Below, in pieces: positions 38,817-47,596 of a stretch of 56,183 nt of DNA. The DNA is from a virus (Duplodnaviria; Caudoviricetes), in IMG/VR virus record IMGVR_UViG_3300017913_003170, positions 1-56,183 of that record; one strand, written 5' to 3'. The notes beneath the pieces were generated by a model. It searched no databases and was not told the DNA's origin. It worked only from the letters and a program-made list of their open reading frames with translations. Both the position numbers and the translations under genes were made by a program. Each line of letters begins with the position of its first letter. The stretch's first letter is position 1.

Positions 38817-39017
38817 CTAAACTTCGTCGCTTTTGAATCGTGAACCGTATATTTCTTTATAGTCTTTTATACGTTCCATTTCTTCGTATTTTTTACTAGC
38901 GTTCAAGTTTTTCAGTTTGTTTAGATGCCGTAATGTAAGCCTTGGGCGCCTTGCTTGGTCCAAGTCTACTTTGCTGTATTCGTCATTTTCATGATCTTGG
39001 AATTCTACTAGACGCAT
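38817..39017 (-). CDS. Small hypothetical protein in head operon
   Basis: 66 aa, GAGG RBS, own TAAATA box at 39036-39041; RRPRLTLRHLNKLK basic helix. Confidence 0.7.
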   Translation of the reverse strand: MRLVEFQDHENDEYSKVDLDQARRPRLTLRHLNKLKNLNASKKYEEMERIKDYKEIYGSRFKSDEV

Positions 39018-39065
39018 TGTTTTTCCTCTATGTGTTATTTATATATCTAAGAAGTCTTACTTCGT

Positions 39066-40733
39066 CTAGTTTTGGGGCTCAGAACCAGCATTATCACCAC
39101 CCAATGGTGATGCAGTGTCATCGCCGACACCATCTAGTTCAGCATCTGGTGCAATGTCAATATTTGTATTAGTGTTGAGTTCTTCTGGTCTCATGCCCAC
39201 TGCACTTAGGTTACCACTGTCGCCTGCACTACTTTGTAGTTCAGACATGGTGCCCATTTCTTCTTTCCACATGCGTTCGTTGTCAACAATCTCGTCTTCG
39301 CTTAGACCCAAGTACTTGCTTAGGATAAAGCGTCTACTCAAGTAAGGTACACCTTCCAAGTTGTTGAACAATCCACTGCGCTGTGTGTCCAACTCAATCT
39401 GTCTGTAATCGCTGAAGCTCTGTGGCTCCATGAATCGCAATTCAAACAACTGTGCTGGAATTTCAATACCTTTGTGCTTGCAGAACATTTTGAACTCTTG
39501 ATCAAAACTGGCTTGCATAATGTTTTGTAGTCGTAGGCAGTATTTGTTGAATCTAAATTCTTGAATAAACGCAGTGCCTACTCTGCCGTCATTGTAACTT
39601 TGTGTGCCATCGTCCGGTCCTGTCGGAAGATAGCTGCTAGGAACACGCAGTGCTCTCAGCATCTTGTTTGTGAAGTATTTTAGGTCATCAATTTGACCAA
39701 GATTTTCACCGCCAGGTAATACTTCGACCTTACTGCCACGTCCTTCTGCAGTTTGTGCAAAGAAATAGTCTTCCATAATGCTCAACGGATTGTATGCTGC
39801 ATCCATAATGTTAGCACCACCACCTGTTTTACTTGGAATACGTCTTTGGTGAATTTCGTTTTTCACACGTTCAACAAAGCTCATGGCTTTGTGTGTGGGC
39901 ATGTCTCCTACATCAACATAGAAAACCCTGCGTTCAGGAGCTCTTTGGACACGATAGATAATAATCGAGTCCTCAAGCAATTCTTTTTGTTTGTATGTTT
40001 TGAAAATTGGATCAAGGATACTTGTACCAAACGGATAGTTTGCATCCATGCCTTCTGTCATAGCAACGTGCACAATGTGCTGTGCATCCACAGCAAATTC
40101 TTGTATCTTGCCTTGGCTGGCTTGATTGCTCCATACACCACCGCTTTGTGCTTGTCCACCTTTGGGCAAATTGTCAATGGTATTGAAGTTGTCTTTGTGC
40201 TGCTTTACTTCGCTGGCAACCAATGTTTGTAGATTTAGATCGATTTGCTTGAGAACATACTGGTCAATTTCTTTGCCCTTGCTATCATTGATGATAACCT
40301 TGCTAACATCCACTGGGTTTATCCAGATCAGTTTGTATGTTTCTGGATCACGTACAAAAATTTGATCGCCATACTTGATAGCATTGCGGAAAATTCTAAA
40401 CAAGCGTTTGTCAAACTCATTGATGTTGCACCACTGTCGCAGTGCAGTGTTCAGTACTTCAACTTCGCTTTCTGTGCTGTCTTGTTTGTAATTGATTTCA
40501 AATGGTAAATTGTCATCGTCCGATACCTGTGTGCTAAATTCACTGATGGTATCAAGTGCAGCATTGATCTCGCTGTCCATATCCATAGCGTCATATTGCA
40601 TGTAACGCTCAACACGGTTAGGATGGCCGCTGTAAAGTTCTGGCAAATAGCTTTGCCATCTGTTTGCACTAGTTGACCCGGCAGTGCCGCCTTTGCCAAC
40701 GTTGTATACTGTAAAATTCTTTTTCCAACTCAT
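39066..40733 (-). CDS. gp20: Portal vertex protein
   Basis: LLEDSIIIYRVQRAPERRVFYVDVG.MP, MEDYFF....GRGSKVEVLPGGENLGQIDDLKYF..K..RALRVPSS. Confidence 0.97.
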   Translation of the reverse strand: MSWKKNFTVYNVGKGGTAGSTSANRWQSYLPELYSGHPNRVERYMQYDAMDMDSEINAALDTISEFSTQVSDDDNLPFEINYKQDSTESEVEVLNTALRQWCNINEFDKRLFRIFRNAIKYGDQIFVRDPETYKLIWINPVDVSKVIINDSKGKEIDQYVLKQIDLNLQTLVASEVKQHKDNFNTIDNLPKGGQAQSGGVWSNQASQGKIQEFAVDAQHIVHVAMTEGMDANYPFGTSILDPIFKTYKQKELLEDSIIIYRVQRAPERRVFYVDVGDMPTHKAMSFVERVKNEIHQRRIPSKTGGGANIMDAAYNPLSIMEDYFFAQTAEGRGSKVEVLPGGENLGQIDDLKYFTNKMLRALRVPSSYLPTGPDDGTQSYNDGRVGTAFIQEFRFNKYCLRLQNIMQASFDQEFKMFCKHKGIEIPAQLFELRFMEPQSFSDYRQIELDTQRSGLFNNLEGVPYLSRRFILSKYLGLSEDEIVDNERMWKEEMGTMSELQSSAGDSGNLSAVGMRPEELNTNTNIDIAPDAELDGVGDDTASPLGGDNAGSEPQN

Positions 40734-40786
40734 GAGAGATCTCTACTGTTATAATATGTTATTTATGCGTGGATGTCAACCTGCTA

Positions 40787-43700
40787 TTAGTCTATGTTGT
40801 TATCGCGATTTTGTCTTAGATCACGTATTCTACCCTGCTCCAGCAATCCAACTTGTGCTTCACTGGTGACGCCAGTTGCACTTGCAATCTGTTTCAGCAG
40901 TTCAATCATTGCTTCTGTGCTGGTTGCACTTTCACGCAGTCTTTGATCACTGACCAAGTCAGTGACACTGGTACCAAACGCTTCTAATGCCATGTCAATT
41001 GCATCTATTTGACCGCCGGTGTTTCTTTCCAGTGCGTCTTCCAGTGCTATCAACATGTTTCTTTCACTTTCGTCAGTAACACCTGCACGTGCTAGATCTT
41101 CGTCGGTGATGGTTGCATTTACAAAGTTTCTGCTGAGTTTGTCAAACTGCGCAAGCATTTCGGGTTCGCCCAAACCCATGATTGTTCTAGTTGGCAACAT
41201 GCTTGCTTGGAACTCAATTCCTTGATCCAACAGCGGTTGTTGGATTTGATTGATTTGATCAACATAGCCCATGATTTGATTTTGAAACTCTTGCGGTATA
41301 TTTTCATTGCCCAACATGTTCATCAAACTGTCTTCTACAGCCTGCAACTGACGCATTCTTGTGTTTGCTTCTTCAACAACCGCAGGCTCAAAGTCTGCAG
41401 GGTTTGCCAAAATGTTTTGCAGTGCGGTGGCTTGATCAGCTGTGTCACCGAGTATGGTATTCAAAAACTCTGTGGCTTCTGCACCAATGAACGGATCAAA
41501 TGCACGTTCACCTGCGGCAACTTCTCTCAGTGTATCTACACTGGTTTGCATCATTCTAATATAGCTTTCGCCGTTGTCGCCAGCAAATTCCACAGTACGT
41601 ATTGCATTTTGTGCATTTTGTTTTAGCAGCTCTTGGAATGCATCATACAGTATGGTTTCCATTTCTGCTGTGTTTACATCAGCAACTTCAATGCCTTGTT
41701 CTCTCATCATGTTTGCAGCAGTGTTCAACACATCATTGGTTTGCATTCCAAACTCGCCAAATATACCTGCAAAGTTTGCATTGAGGTTGTCAACTGCATT
41801 GCTCACTGCTTCGCCTTGTTGATTCAATATATCTTCTTTTACAGTACTGGTTTTTGAAGTGTCAACTGCTGCGGCAATTGCTGCAACCAATCCGCCAACA
41901 ATAACCAATCCTGCACCAAATGGTCCACCCAAGAAGCTCAGTGCACGACCAGCAATGCCCACAGTTGCTCTACCAGTTGCTGCGGCTGCTGACTTCAGTC
42001 TAGTCAATCTACTGCCAGCTGTACCAGCGGCTGTTCCTGCGGCTGTACCGGCAGCAACTTCAGTAAAACCTGCACCGCCGCCAGTGTTGTTGTTGCGTCC
42101 ATTTGCAGCATCGTCTAGTCTAGCTGCACCCTCACGCCCTGCTATCAAAAGACCTGTGAGTGCTGCAATTTGTGTAGCACTGAATCCACGCACTTCACCT
42201 GTTTCCGGATCAGTGGTTGGTTGACCTGTTTCTGGATCGACCAATAGATTTGCATCAAGATCAATGCCCACTGCACCAAGTGCCCCAATAAGATTTTCCT
42301 GTATAAATTCTCCTACCGCAGCAGGATCGCCGCCTACAAAATTGAAACCTGTTGCAGTTGCTCTTGCTGCCAATTCTGCTGCAATACGCTGTAGTGTTTC
42401 GCCAGTTAGGCCAAGTTGTGCATTGTCCTGTGCATTGGCATCCAACATTCTTGCAATCTGTTCTGTAATAGGTGTGTCTGGATCTATGTTTGTAACAAAC
42501 TCATTTAGATCTCTGCGCAAATTGACCAATAACTCAGCAGCAGGATCACCAGCAGTTGCCAGTGCTAACAACATGTCTCTGTCAGCATCAATGCTTTTTT
42601 GCAGTGCTAGCACTGAATCAATTACACCTTGTTGATCTCCTTGAAGATACGCATTCTTTAGATCTTCAAATTCAGTGGCATTTATTTGTGCTGCACGTTG
42701 TAATTCTTCGGGCAATCTTGCAAAGAAAGGAATACCAGTTACATCTTCTGCATCAAATGCCATGGCCATTTGCTGACCAAGTTCAGGACCCAGTGTAGCC
42801 ACTATGGCAGCAAGTGCATCTTCGTTTGCTGCTAATTCTTCAGCAGTCATGTCTTCTCTACGTGCTGCACTGACTGCATCATTGCGCACTTCCATTTGTG
42901 CACGAATCATATCACGTCTATTGCGTCCAGTTAGCCTTGCAAGTGCAGTGCTTTCGTACAATAGGTTGCCAAGACCTTCGTTAGTGCCGTTGAGTCTGCG
43001 AATCATTTCTTCTTCGCTAGCACCACGTCTAGCCATCAATTGCATTTCTTCCAACATCAACTGATTGATTTCGCCAACATTCAAACCAAAGTTACCAAAT
43101 TGTCTAGTAACATCTCCTCTGAATGCATCGCTAAATCTTGCAAACTGTATCAATCCGCTGTCTATGTTGTCGCCCAGTCTAGCAACTGTGCCGCCTGCTT
43201 GTTGTGCAGCTTTGGTTAGATCGCTAACAAACAAACCTGCTTGTCCTGCTGCACCTGTTAGTGCCAGCATGTTTGTGTACAAACCGCCGCCTACTTCACT
43301 GGCCAATATCTGTGCTTGTTTGGTAAGTTCATCCAAACTGCCCAACAAGAAACCTGTGCCTGCTGCAACACCAGTGCCCAATGTATCCAACGCTCTAGCA
43401 AAGAAGCCATCACCAAGTCCACTGGCCAATCCAGTTACACCTGCAATCAACGGAGCAATTGTTCCGTTTAGGCTGCGCTGTTCTGAAAACAGATTGTCAA
43501 TGCCGCCTCTAATGCGCTGTCCACTTTGGCGTGTTGCCTGTTGCAGATCACGCAGTCTTTCACGATTGTCCGCAGTTGCTCTTTTGGTTTCAGTGTGCTG
43601 TCTATCGTCTTGTGCTCTGGTTTTTTGTTCTTCAACCTGTATAACAGTGCCCAGTTTGCTGATTGCGTCTTTGCTTAGACGCTGCCCACTGGCAATTGCT

Positions 43701-43828
43701 TTGAGTAGATCCGCAGCCAAGCCGGTGTTGGCAGCAACACGTTCAGTTGTTGCATCCAGTGCAAAGTCAGGAATGTCTGCTTGCATTGTTGTCCCGTCGG
43801 GACCTGCATAAATGTTGACTTGAGCCAT
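40787..43828 (-). CDS. Tape-measure / baseplate hub (gp29-like) protein
   Basis: 1013 aa, Ala/Gly/Gln-rich helical protein with hydrophobic segments; divergent from the gp26-like gene. Confidence 0.6.
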   Translation of the reverse strand: MAQVNIYAGPDGTTMQADIPDFALDATTERVAANTGLAADLLKAIASGQRLSKDAISKLGTVIQVEEQKTRAQDDRQHTETKRATADNRERLRDLQQATRQSGQRIRGGIDNLFSEQRSLNGTIAPLIAGVTGLASGLGDGFFARALDTLGTGVAAGTGFLLGSLDELTKQAQILASEVGGGLYTNMLALTGAAGQAGLFVSDLTKAAQQAGGTVARLGDNIDSGLIQFARFSDAFRGDVTRQFGNFGLNVGEINQLMLEEMQLMARRGASEEEMIRRLNGTNEGLGNLLYESTALARLTGRNRRDMIRAQMEVRNDAVSAARREDMTAEELAANEDALAAIVATLGPELGQQMAMAFDAEDVTGIPFFARLPEELQRAAQINATEFEDLKNAYLQGDQQGVIDSVLALQKSIDADRDMLLALATAGDPAAELLVNLRRDLNEFVTNIDPDTPITEQIARMLDANAQDNAQLGLTGETLQRIAAELAARATATGFNFVGGDPAAVGEFIQENLIGALGAVGIDLDANLLVDPETGQPTTDPETGEVRGFSATQIAALTGLLIAGREGAARLDDAANGRNNNTGGGAGFTEVAAGTAAGTAAGTAGSRLTRLKSAAAATGRATVGIAGRALSFLGGPFGAGLVIVGGLVAAIAAAVDTSKTSTVKEDILNQQGEAVSNAVDNLNANFAGIFGEFGMQTNDVLNTAANMMREQGIEVADVNTAEMETILYDAFQELLKQNAQNAIRTVEFAGDNGESYIRMMQTSVDTLREVAAGERAFDPFIGAEATEFLNTILGDTADQATALQNILANPADFEPAVVEEANTRMRQLQAVEDSLMNMLGNENIPQEFQNQIMGYVDQINQIQQPLLDQGIEFQASMLPTRTIMGLGEPEMLAQFDKLSRNFVNATITDEDLARAGVTDESERNMLIALEDALERNTGGQIDAIDMALEAFGTSVTDLVSDQRLRESATSTEAMIELLKQIASATGVTSEAQVGLLEQGRIRDLRQNRDNNID

Positions 43829-43838
43829 TATCTACCCA

Positions 43839-43882
43839 TATAAATATACTGTACGGACATGTGTCCGCTACTTGTATTTATA
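43839..43882. promoter_or_regulatory. Two opposed TATAAATA late promoters flanking the palindrome CGGACA-TG-TGTCCG
   Basis: TATAAATA on + at 43839-43846, on - at 43875-43882; inverted repeat at 43854-43867. Confidence 0.75.
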
Positions 43883-43892
43883 GAGGAAAAAT

Positions 43893-44723
43893 ATGTCTAC
43901 CAATCCATTAGCAGATTATATGAGACAAATATCTGTATACATTGCACTTCCCAGCGGTGGTAACTTCTACAAAAATCGTCCAGATCTAACCGACGATGGT
44001 GAAATTGGAGTAAGACCAATGACCAGTGCAGACGAAATCAACATGCGCATACCAGACAGTTTGTACAACGGCGAAAGCATCTATCATGTCATCCGCAGTT
44101 GTGTTCCAGGTATCAAGGATCCTACTGAAATGCCTTACAACGATCTTGAACCATTGTTGTTGGCAATTCGCAGAGCCACATACGGCGACGATCTAACTGT
44201 GCCACACAAGTGTAAAAAATGCGGAGAAGAACTGGATTATGTGCAAAGTATCGACAGACTGTTGGCAACTGTGCCCACATTGGAAAATCGTTACACTGTT
44301 GACGTAGGCGAAATCACAGTTTTCCTAAGACCTATCACACTGAAAAGCAACAACGAACTGCAACTGCAAGCTGTAGAGCAACAGCAGTTGGCACGTGGTT
44401 TACAACAGTTTTCAGAAGGCAACGAAGGCGAATTGATAAAGCAGTTTCAGCAAAACTTGATCAATGTTGCAATGAGCAATGTTAGAGTGTTGGCTGATTG
44501 TGTGTATCAAATTGAAATGCCGGATGGTACACGTGTTGACAATCCTGAGCACATTGGCGAATGGATCAACAACATTGACACTACCACGTTCAATCGTATT
44601 ATGGAAAAACTGTTAGAAGTACAAAGTGTACAAATGAATGTGGACTTCAAAGCAGAATGCGCTGAATGCAACACACCATTTGAAACACAGGTAATTGTGG
44701 ACCAATCGCGTTTTTTCGCATAA
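43893..44723 (+). CDS. gp26: Baseplate hub assembly protein, gp26-like
   Basis: NPL..Y.R...YI.LPSGG.FY, RPMT..DE, LLLAIRRATYG, CKKC...CAEC zinc motifs. Confidence 0.8.
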   Translation: MSTNPLADYMRQISVYIALPSGGNFYKNRPDLTDDGEIGVRPMTSADEINMRIPDSLYNGESIYHVIRSCVPGIKDPTEMPYNDLEPLLLAIRRATYGDDLTVPHKCKKCGEELDYVQSIDRLLATVPTLENRYTVDVGEITVFLRPITLKSNNELQLQAVEQQQLARGLQQFSEGNEGELIKQFQQNLINVAMSNVRVLADCVYQIEMPDGTRVDNPEHIGEWINNIDTTTFNRIMEKLLEVQSVQMNVDFKAECAECNTPFETQVIVDQSRFFA

Positions 44724-44770
44724 GCGTAGGTCGCAGCGATTACCAGCAGATTAGAGCTACGCAGGAAAAA

Positions 44771-44956
44771 ATGGCTGGAGAAGTAAAACAACTAGAAGCC
44801 AATCTTATGGATCTAGTGTTGTACACCGACGGCAAACTCACACTGGAACAGGCATACATCAATACACCTGCACAGAACAATCTATTTGCGGAAAGATTCA
44901 AAAGTTTCAGTGAAAAACGTGCTGATGCACAGAAAGCCAGCAGACGCTCTAGATAG
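44771..44956 (+). CDS. Small protein, possibly gp51-like hub assembly catalyst
   Basis: Position after the gp26-like gene, size, and Y..GKLTLEQAY..TP..N pattern. Confidence 0.45.
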   Translation: MAGEVKQLEANLMDLVLYTDGKLTLEQAYINTPAQNNLFAERFKSFSEKRADAQKASRRSR

Positions 44957-45458
44957 GACTTTGTGCATTGCGTTGACGCACAAATTCTTGATCTTCTAAA
45001 CTCCAACTGTCATAGTAACCAGCTTGTCGCAGTTGTTCACTGGCGCTGCTCAAACGACTCAAACGTTGCAGCAACAGCAAGCAGGCACTGCCAAAGTTCA
45101 TGCACACACCATTGATGTGCTCAGGATGATCCGGATGATCTCCTAGTAGCCACATGTCTTCAGCTCTCCAGATGTCATTGAATATCCATTTGTTGCGATT
45201 CATTTCGTCATAGCTCATCACATCTGGTGTAAACCAAAACAGTGCTACTTCTGCACTGTCGTCCCATTGTGCTGCAACTTCAGTGAGTCTATTCCATGTG
45301 GTAAAGCGTTCAATGTGTATACGATCTTCCAACAGTGCACGTTTGGCAAACGGACAAGGCGGAAAATTGTTCAGCATGGGATTGGGTCGGCTTAGAAACT
45401 CTGTGATCCATTCACGTAGTTCTGCCTCCATTGAAGTAATTACTAAGTTTTTCTGCAT
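44949..45458 (-). CDS. DUF1415-like protein
   Basis: WITEF...PCPFAKRA and DHPDHP...LLLLQR motifs. Confidence 0.55.
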   Translation of the reverse strand: MQKNLVITSMEAELREWITEFLSRPNPMLNNFPPCPFAKRALLEDRIHIERFTTWNRLTEVAAQWDDSAEVALFWFTPDVMSYDEMNRNKWIFNDIWRAEDMWLLGDHPDHPEHINGVCMNFGSACLLLLQRLSRLSSASEQLRQAGYYDSWSLEDQEFVRQRNAQSPI

Positions 45459-46329
45459 GCTCTTTTACCTTTGTGTAGTTGTATCCTGCAACAATTGCCA
45501 ATCGTTGTCCGCCTGGCGGATGTGCACAATCCCAATCATTTACATCCCAATATACATGTTCAATGTTTGGATCAAACCGTGCGCTCAATTGTTCGCGATC
45601 TGCTTTCTTTATTCGATAGCGTTTATTTAATTTACCCCACACAGGAACAGTGTAACAGGTCTCGCTTTGCAGTTTTGGTTTGCTCCAATTTTGGCCATTG
45701 TAGAAGTTTGCAACGCTGACAATATAGCCTTTGCCATAGCCCAGCATCATATCCATGTTGGGTCTTAGGTGCACTTCAATGCAATGATCGTCAATGAATT
45801 CAAAGTTTACACAGCCTCGGTATTGACTCAAATGATCTTCAATGAATCTCAGCACAAACTTTTTTCTAGTCAGCAGTGCTAGTTCTTGTGTATGATCAGG
45901 ACTGGTGTATTCCCAATGTGTAAACATACCCAAACCACTGTTGTGACCTATGCTGTATCTCCAATCGTACACTCGACAGTTGTCCACAACCACATCCAGA
46001 CAACTGTGCTCACCAGCCAATATCTCCATGCAAAGGTGTGCAGGTTTGTATGCAGCATAGTAATCATCGCTGTCGGTGCACACACAGGTATCTATGCCCA
46101 TTCCCCAAAGGTTTTCAAAGGGCTTGCTGAAACAGGGCAAAAACTCAGGTTCCATTCCATGTGGAAACCAGCGAAGATTTTGATAATCATACAGCTTGCG
46201 CTTGTCATATACCCAAGCATATTCTTTATACATTTTTATGGAATACGTATCTTCAAGAGGTATATCAGACTCAAGAACCACTTCCATGTCCTCACAGAAT
46301 TGTGAGAACTGTTCATTTCCTAACCACAT
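45412..46329 (-). CDS. ATP-grasp-fold-like protein
   Basis: PCFSKP..NLWGMG, MEILAGEHSCLD, GCVNFEFI....IEVHLRP resemble ATP-grasp K, E and ExNxR motifs; AGGAGG upstream. Confidence 0.6.
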   Translation of the reverse strand: MWLGNEQFSQFCEDMEVVLESDIPLEDTYSIKMYKEYAWVYDKRKLYDYQNLRWFPHGMEPEFLPCFSKPFENLWGMGIDTCVCTDSDDYYAAYKPAHLCMEILAGEHSCLDVVVDNCRVYDWRYSIGHNSGLGMFTHWEYTSPDHTQELALLTRKKFVLRFIEDHLSQYRGCVNFEFIDDHCIEVHLRPNMDMMLGYGKGYIVSVANFYNGQNWSKPKLQSETCYTVPVWGKLNKRYRIKKADREQLSARFDPNIEHVYWDVNDWDCAHPPGGQRLAIVAGYNYTKVKEHAEKLSNYFNGGRTT

Positions 46330-46471
46330 ACGTTATTATACACCTCCTGTATGTGATGTCTTACGACATCAGTTTCTTCGTCTTTCGACTCGAAACGCTT
46401 TTTTATTTACTACGTTTTGTAATTTATTCAGTGTTTCAATGTTAGTTGATAGTAGTCTATTTAATTAGTTC

Positions 46472-46758
46472 TTTGGCCGAAGTGTTCAGTCGCACTTAGC
46501 CTGTTTACGGCCAAGCACGACTTATTCCTTTGTCCTCGGAACACCCGCAATATCAATGTGCAACTTTATAACAAGCAGAGGCGGTTGAGCTATACCCCTT
46601 TACGCACGTCTTTACAACGCAGGACCATTTACAGCATTGATATACCCTGTAAACTGCCTCCGGGTTGCAATAGCACAGCAGAGCCCGGTCATTTGGTTTG
46701 TTGTCCTCGACAAGATCCGGTGGCGACGAGCTTTACCTCGGCTACCTCAATGTCACAA
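46472..46758 (-). ncRNA. Candidate ~290 nt structured RNA directly downstream of the GIY-YIG gene
   Basis: GC-enriched non-coding tract; 14-bp hairpin with G-U pairs (46488-46522), 9-bp loop pseudoknot (46635-46643 with 46550-46558), several further helices. Confidence 0.65.
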
Positions 46759-47193
46759 TTAGGAGGATATGGTTTGTTTTTGGAGAGATTCAGTTAGTGC
46801 CTTGGAGCCGCCTACACGGACGTTGATAATACCATTGTAGTATTCGTCCGTCAATAATACTTGCCTATCAAACTGTTCTTTGGCTTCTAAGTAACTTAGT
46901 TCGCCTCTGCTGGTGCAGTAGTACAGTATTTCTCTTGTGAAGTTTTCTGGGCCTAGTTGATTTACATCTGCTTGTAGTTTGTCACTTGAACCCCAGTAGT
47001 CACGCCAATCGCTTTCGACTGTGGTTCTTCTTTTGCGTTTTTTGCCTTTGAGTGGTGGCCTGGTTTTTTTGAACTGTGCTAGTTTTTTGCCTACGTATTT
47101 TTTGCCATTGGTAGTATTTGTAATCAGATAAACAAAGCCAATGTAGTGTTCAGGTATTGATTCAACTATGTTGCCTTCGTATGTCCAATGCAT
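46759..47193 (-). CDS. GIY-YIG endonuclease (Seg/EndoII-like, 144 aa)
   Basis: GFVYLITNTTNGKKYVGKK, WRDYWGSS, FTREIL...E......YYN. Confidence 0.9.
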   Translation of the reverse strand: MHWTYEGNIVESIPEHYIGFVYLITNTTNGKKYVGKKLAQFKKTRPPLKGKKRKRRTTVESDWRDYWGSSDKLQADVNQLGPENFTREILYYCTSRGELSYLEAKEQFDRQVLLTDEYYNGIINVRVGGSKALTESLQKQTISS

Positions 47194-47233
47194 GTTATTG
47201 TATGTTATCGTTGTGTTTAGTTATCGAGATATC

Positions 47234-47596
47234 TTAGTCTTTATCTATGTACTTTTTCTGTAAATGCGGAGGAAGTTTTCGTTCCATTGTTGTTCTTCGT
47301 GTATCCAATGTTAGACCACCGTGTATATCGGTAATATTGAAAGTATCTCCACTGATGGTATAACCGTATCCGCTTCCGTCGAGATCATCAGTTGAACTGA
47401 TTGTTATAGTACTAGTATCGCATGATGTTGACAATCCGCTCAAATCAATATCTCCCATGTTTTCAATTCGTGTACAAATTTCATCAACTGTGGTTTCCCA
47501 GTCTTTGTCTTCTTTGATCAATGTGCGTTCAGTTTCGCCCGACTCACGTGCATACACTGTTTTTCCGCCATCTGGCGATTCATAAATCTTAGCCAT
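47234..47596 (-). CDS. Hypothetical protein
   Basis: Likely start MAKIYESPDGGKTVYAR at 47596 with GGAGG RBS, overlapping the gp46 stop. Confidence 0.7.
   Translation of the reverse strand: MAKIYESPDGGKTVYARESGETERTLIKEDKDWETTVDEICTRIENMGDIDLSGLSTSCDTSTITISSTDDLDGSGYGYTISGDTFNITDIHGGLTLDTRRTTMERKLPPHLQKKYIDKD

Noticed and set aside
38733-39059. 11-bp inverted repeats flanking the 66-aa gene as ends of a mobile or invertible element
   Set aside because: Each copy is itself a palindrome and a third copy is adjacent; no transposase, recombinase or target duplication. An operator is the simpler reading.
46352-46397. GAAACUGAUG next to hairpins, resembling a hammerhead ribozyme core
   Set aside because: CUGAUG is followed by U rather than A, and the stems and GAAA are not arranged as a hammerhead.
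46558-46797. 79-aa + strand ORF across the structured element
   Set aside because: GTG start with no RBS, antisense overlap with the nuclease, and G-U pairing favours a minus-strand RNA.
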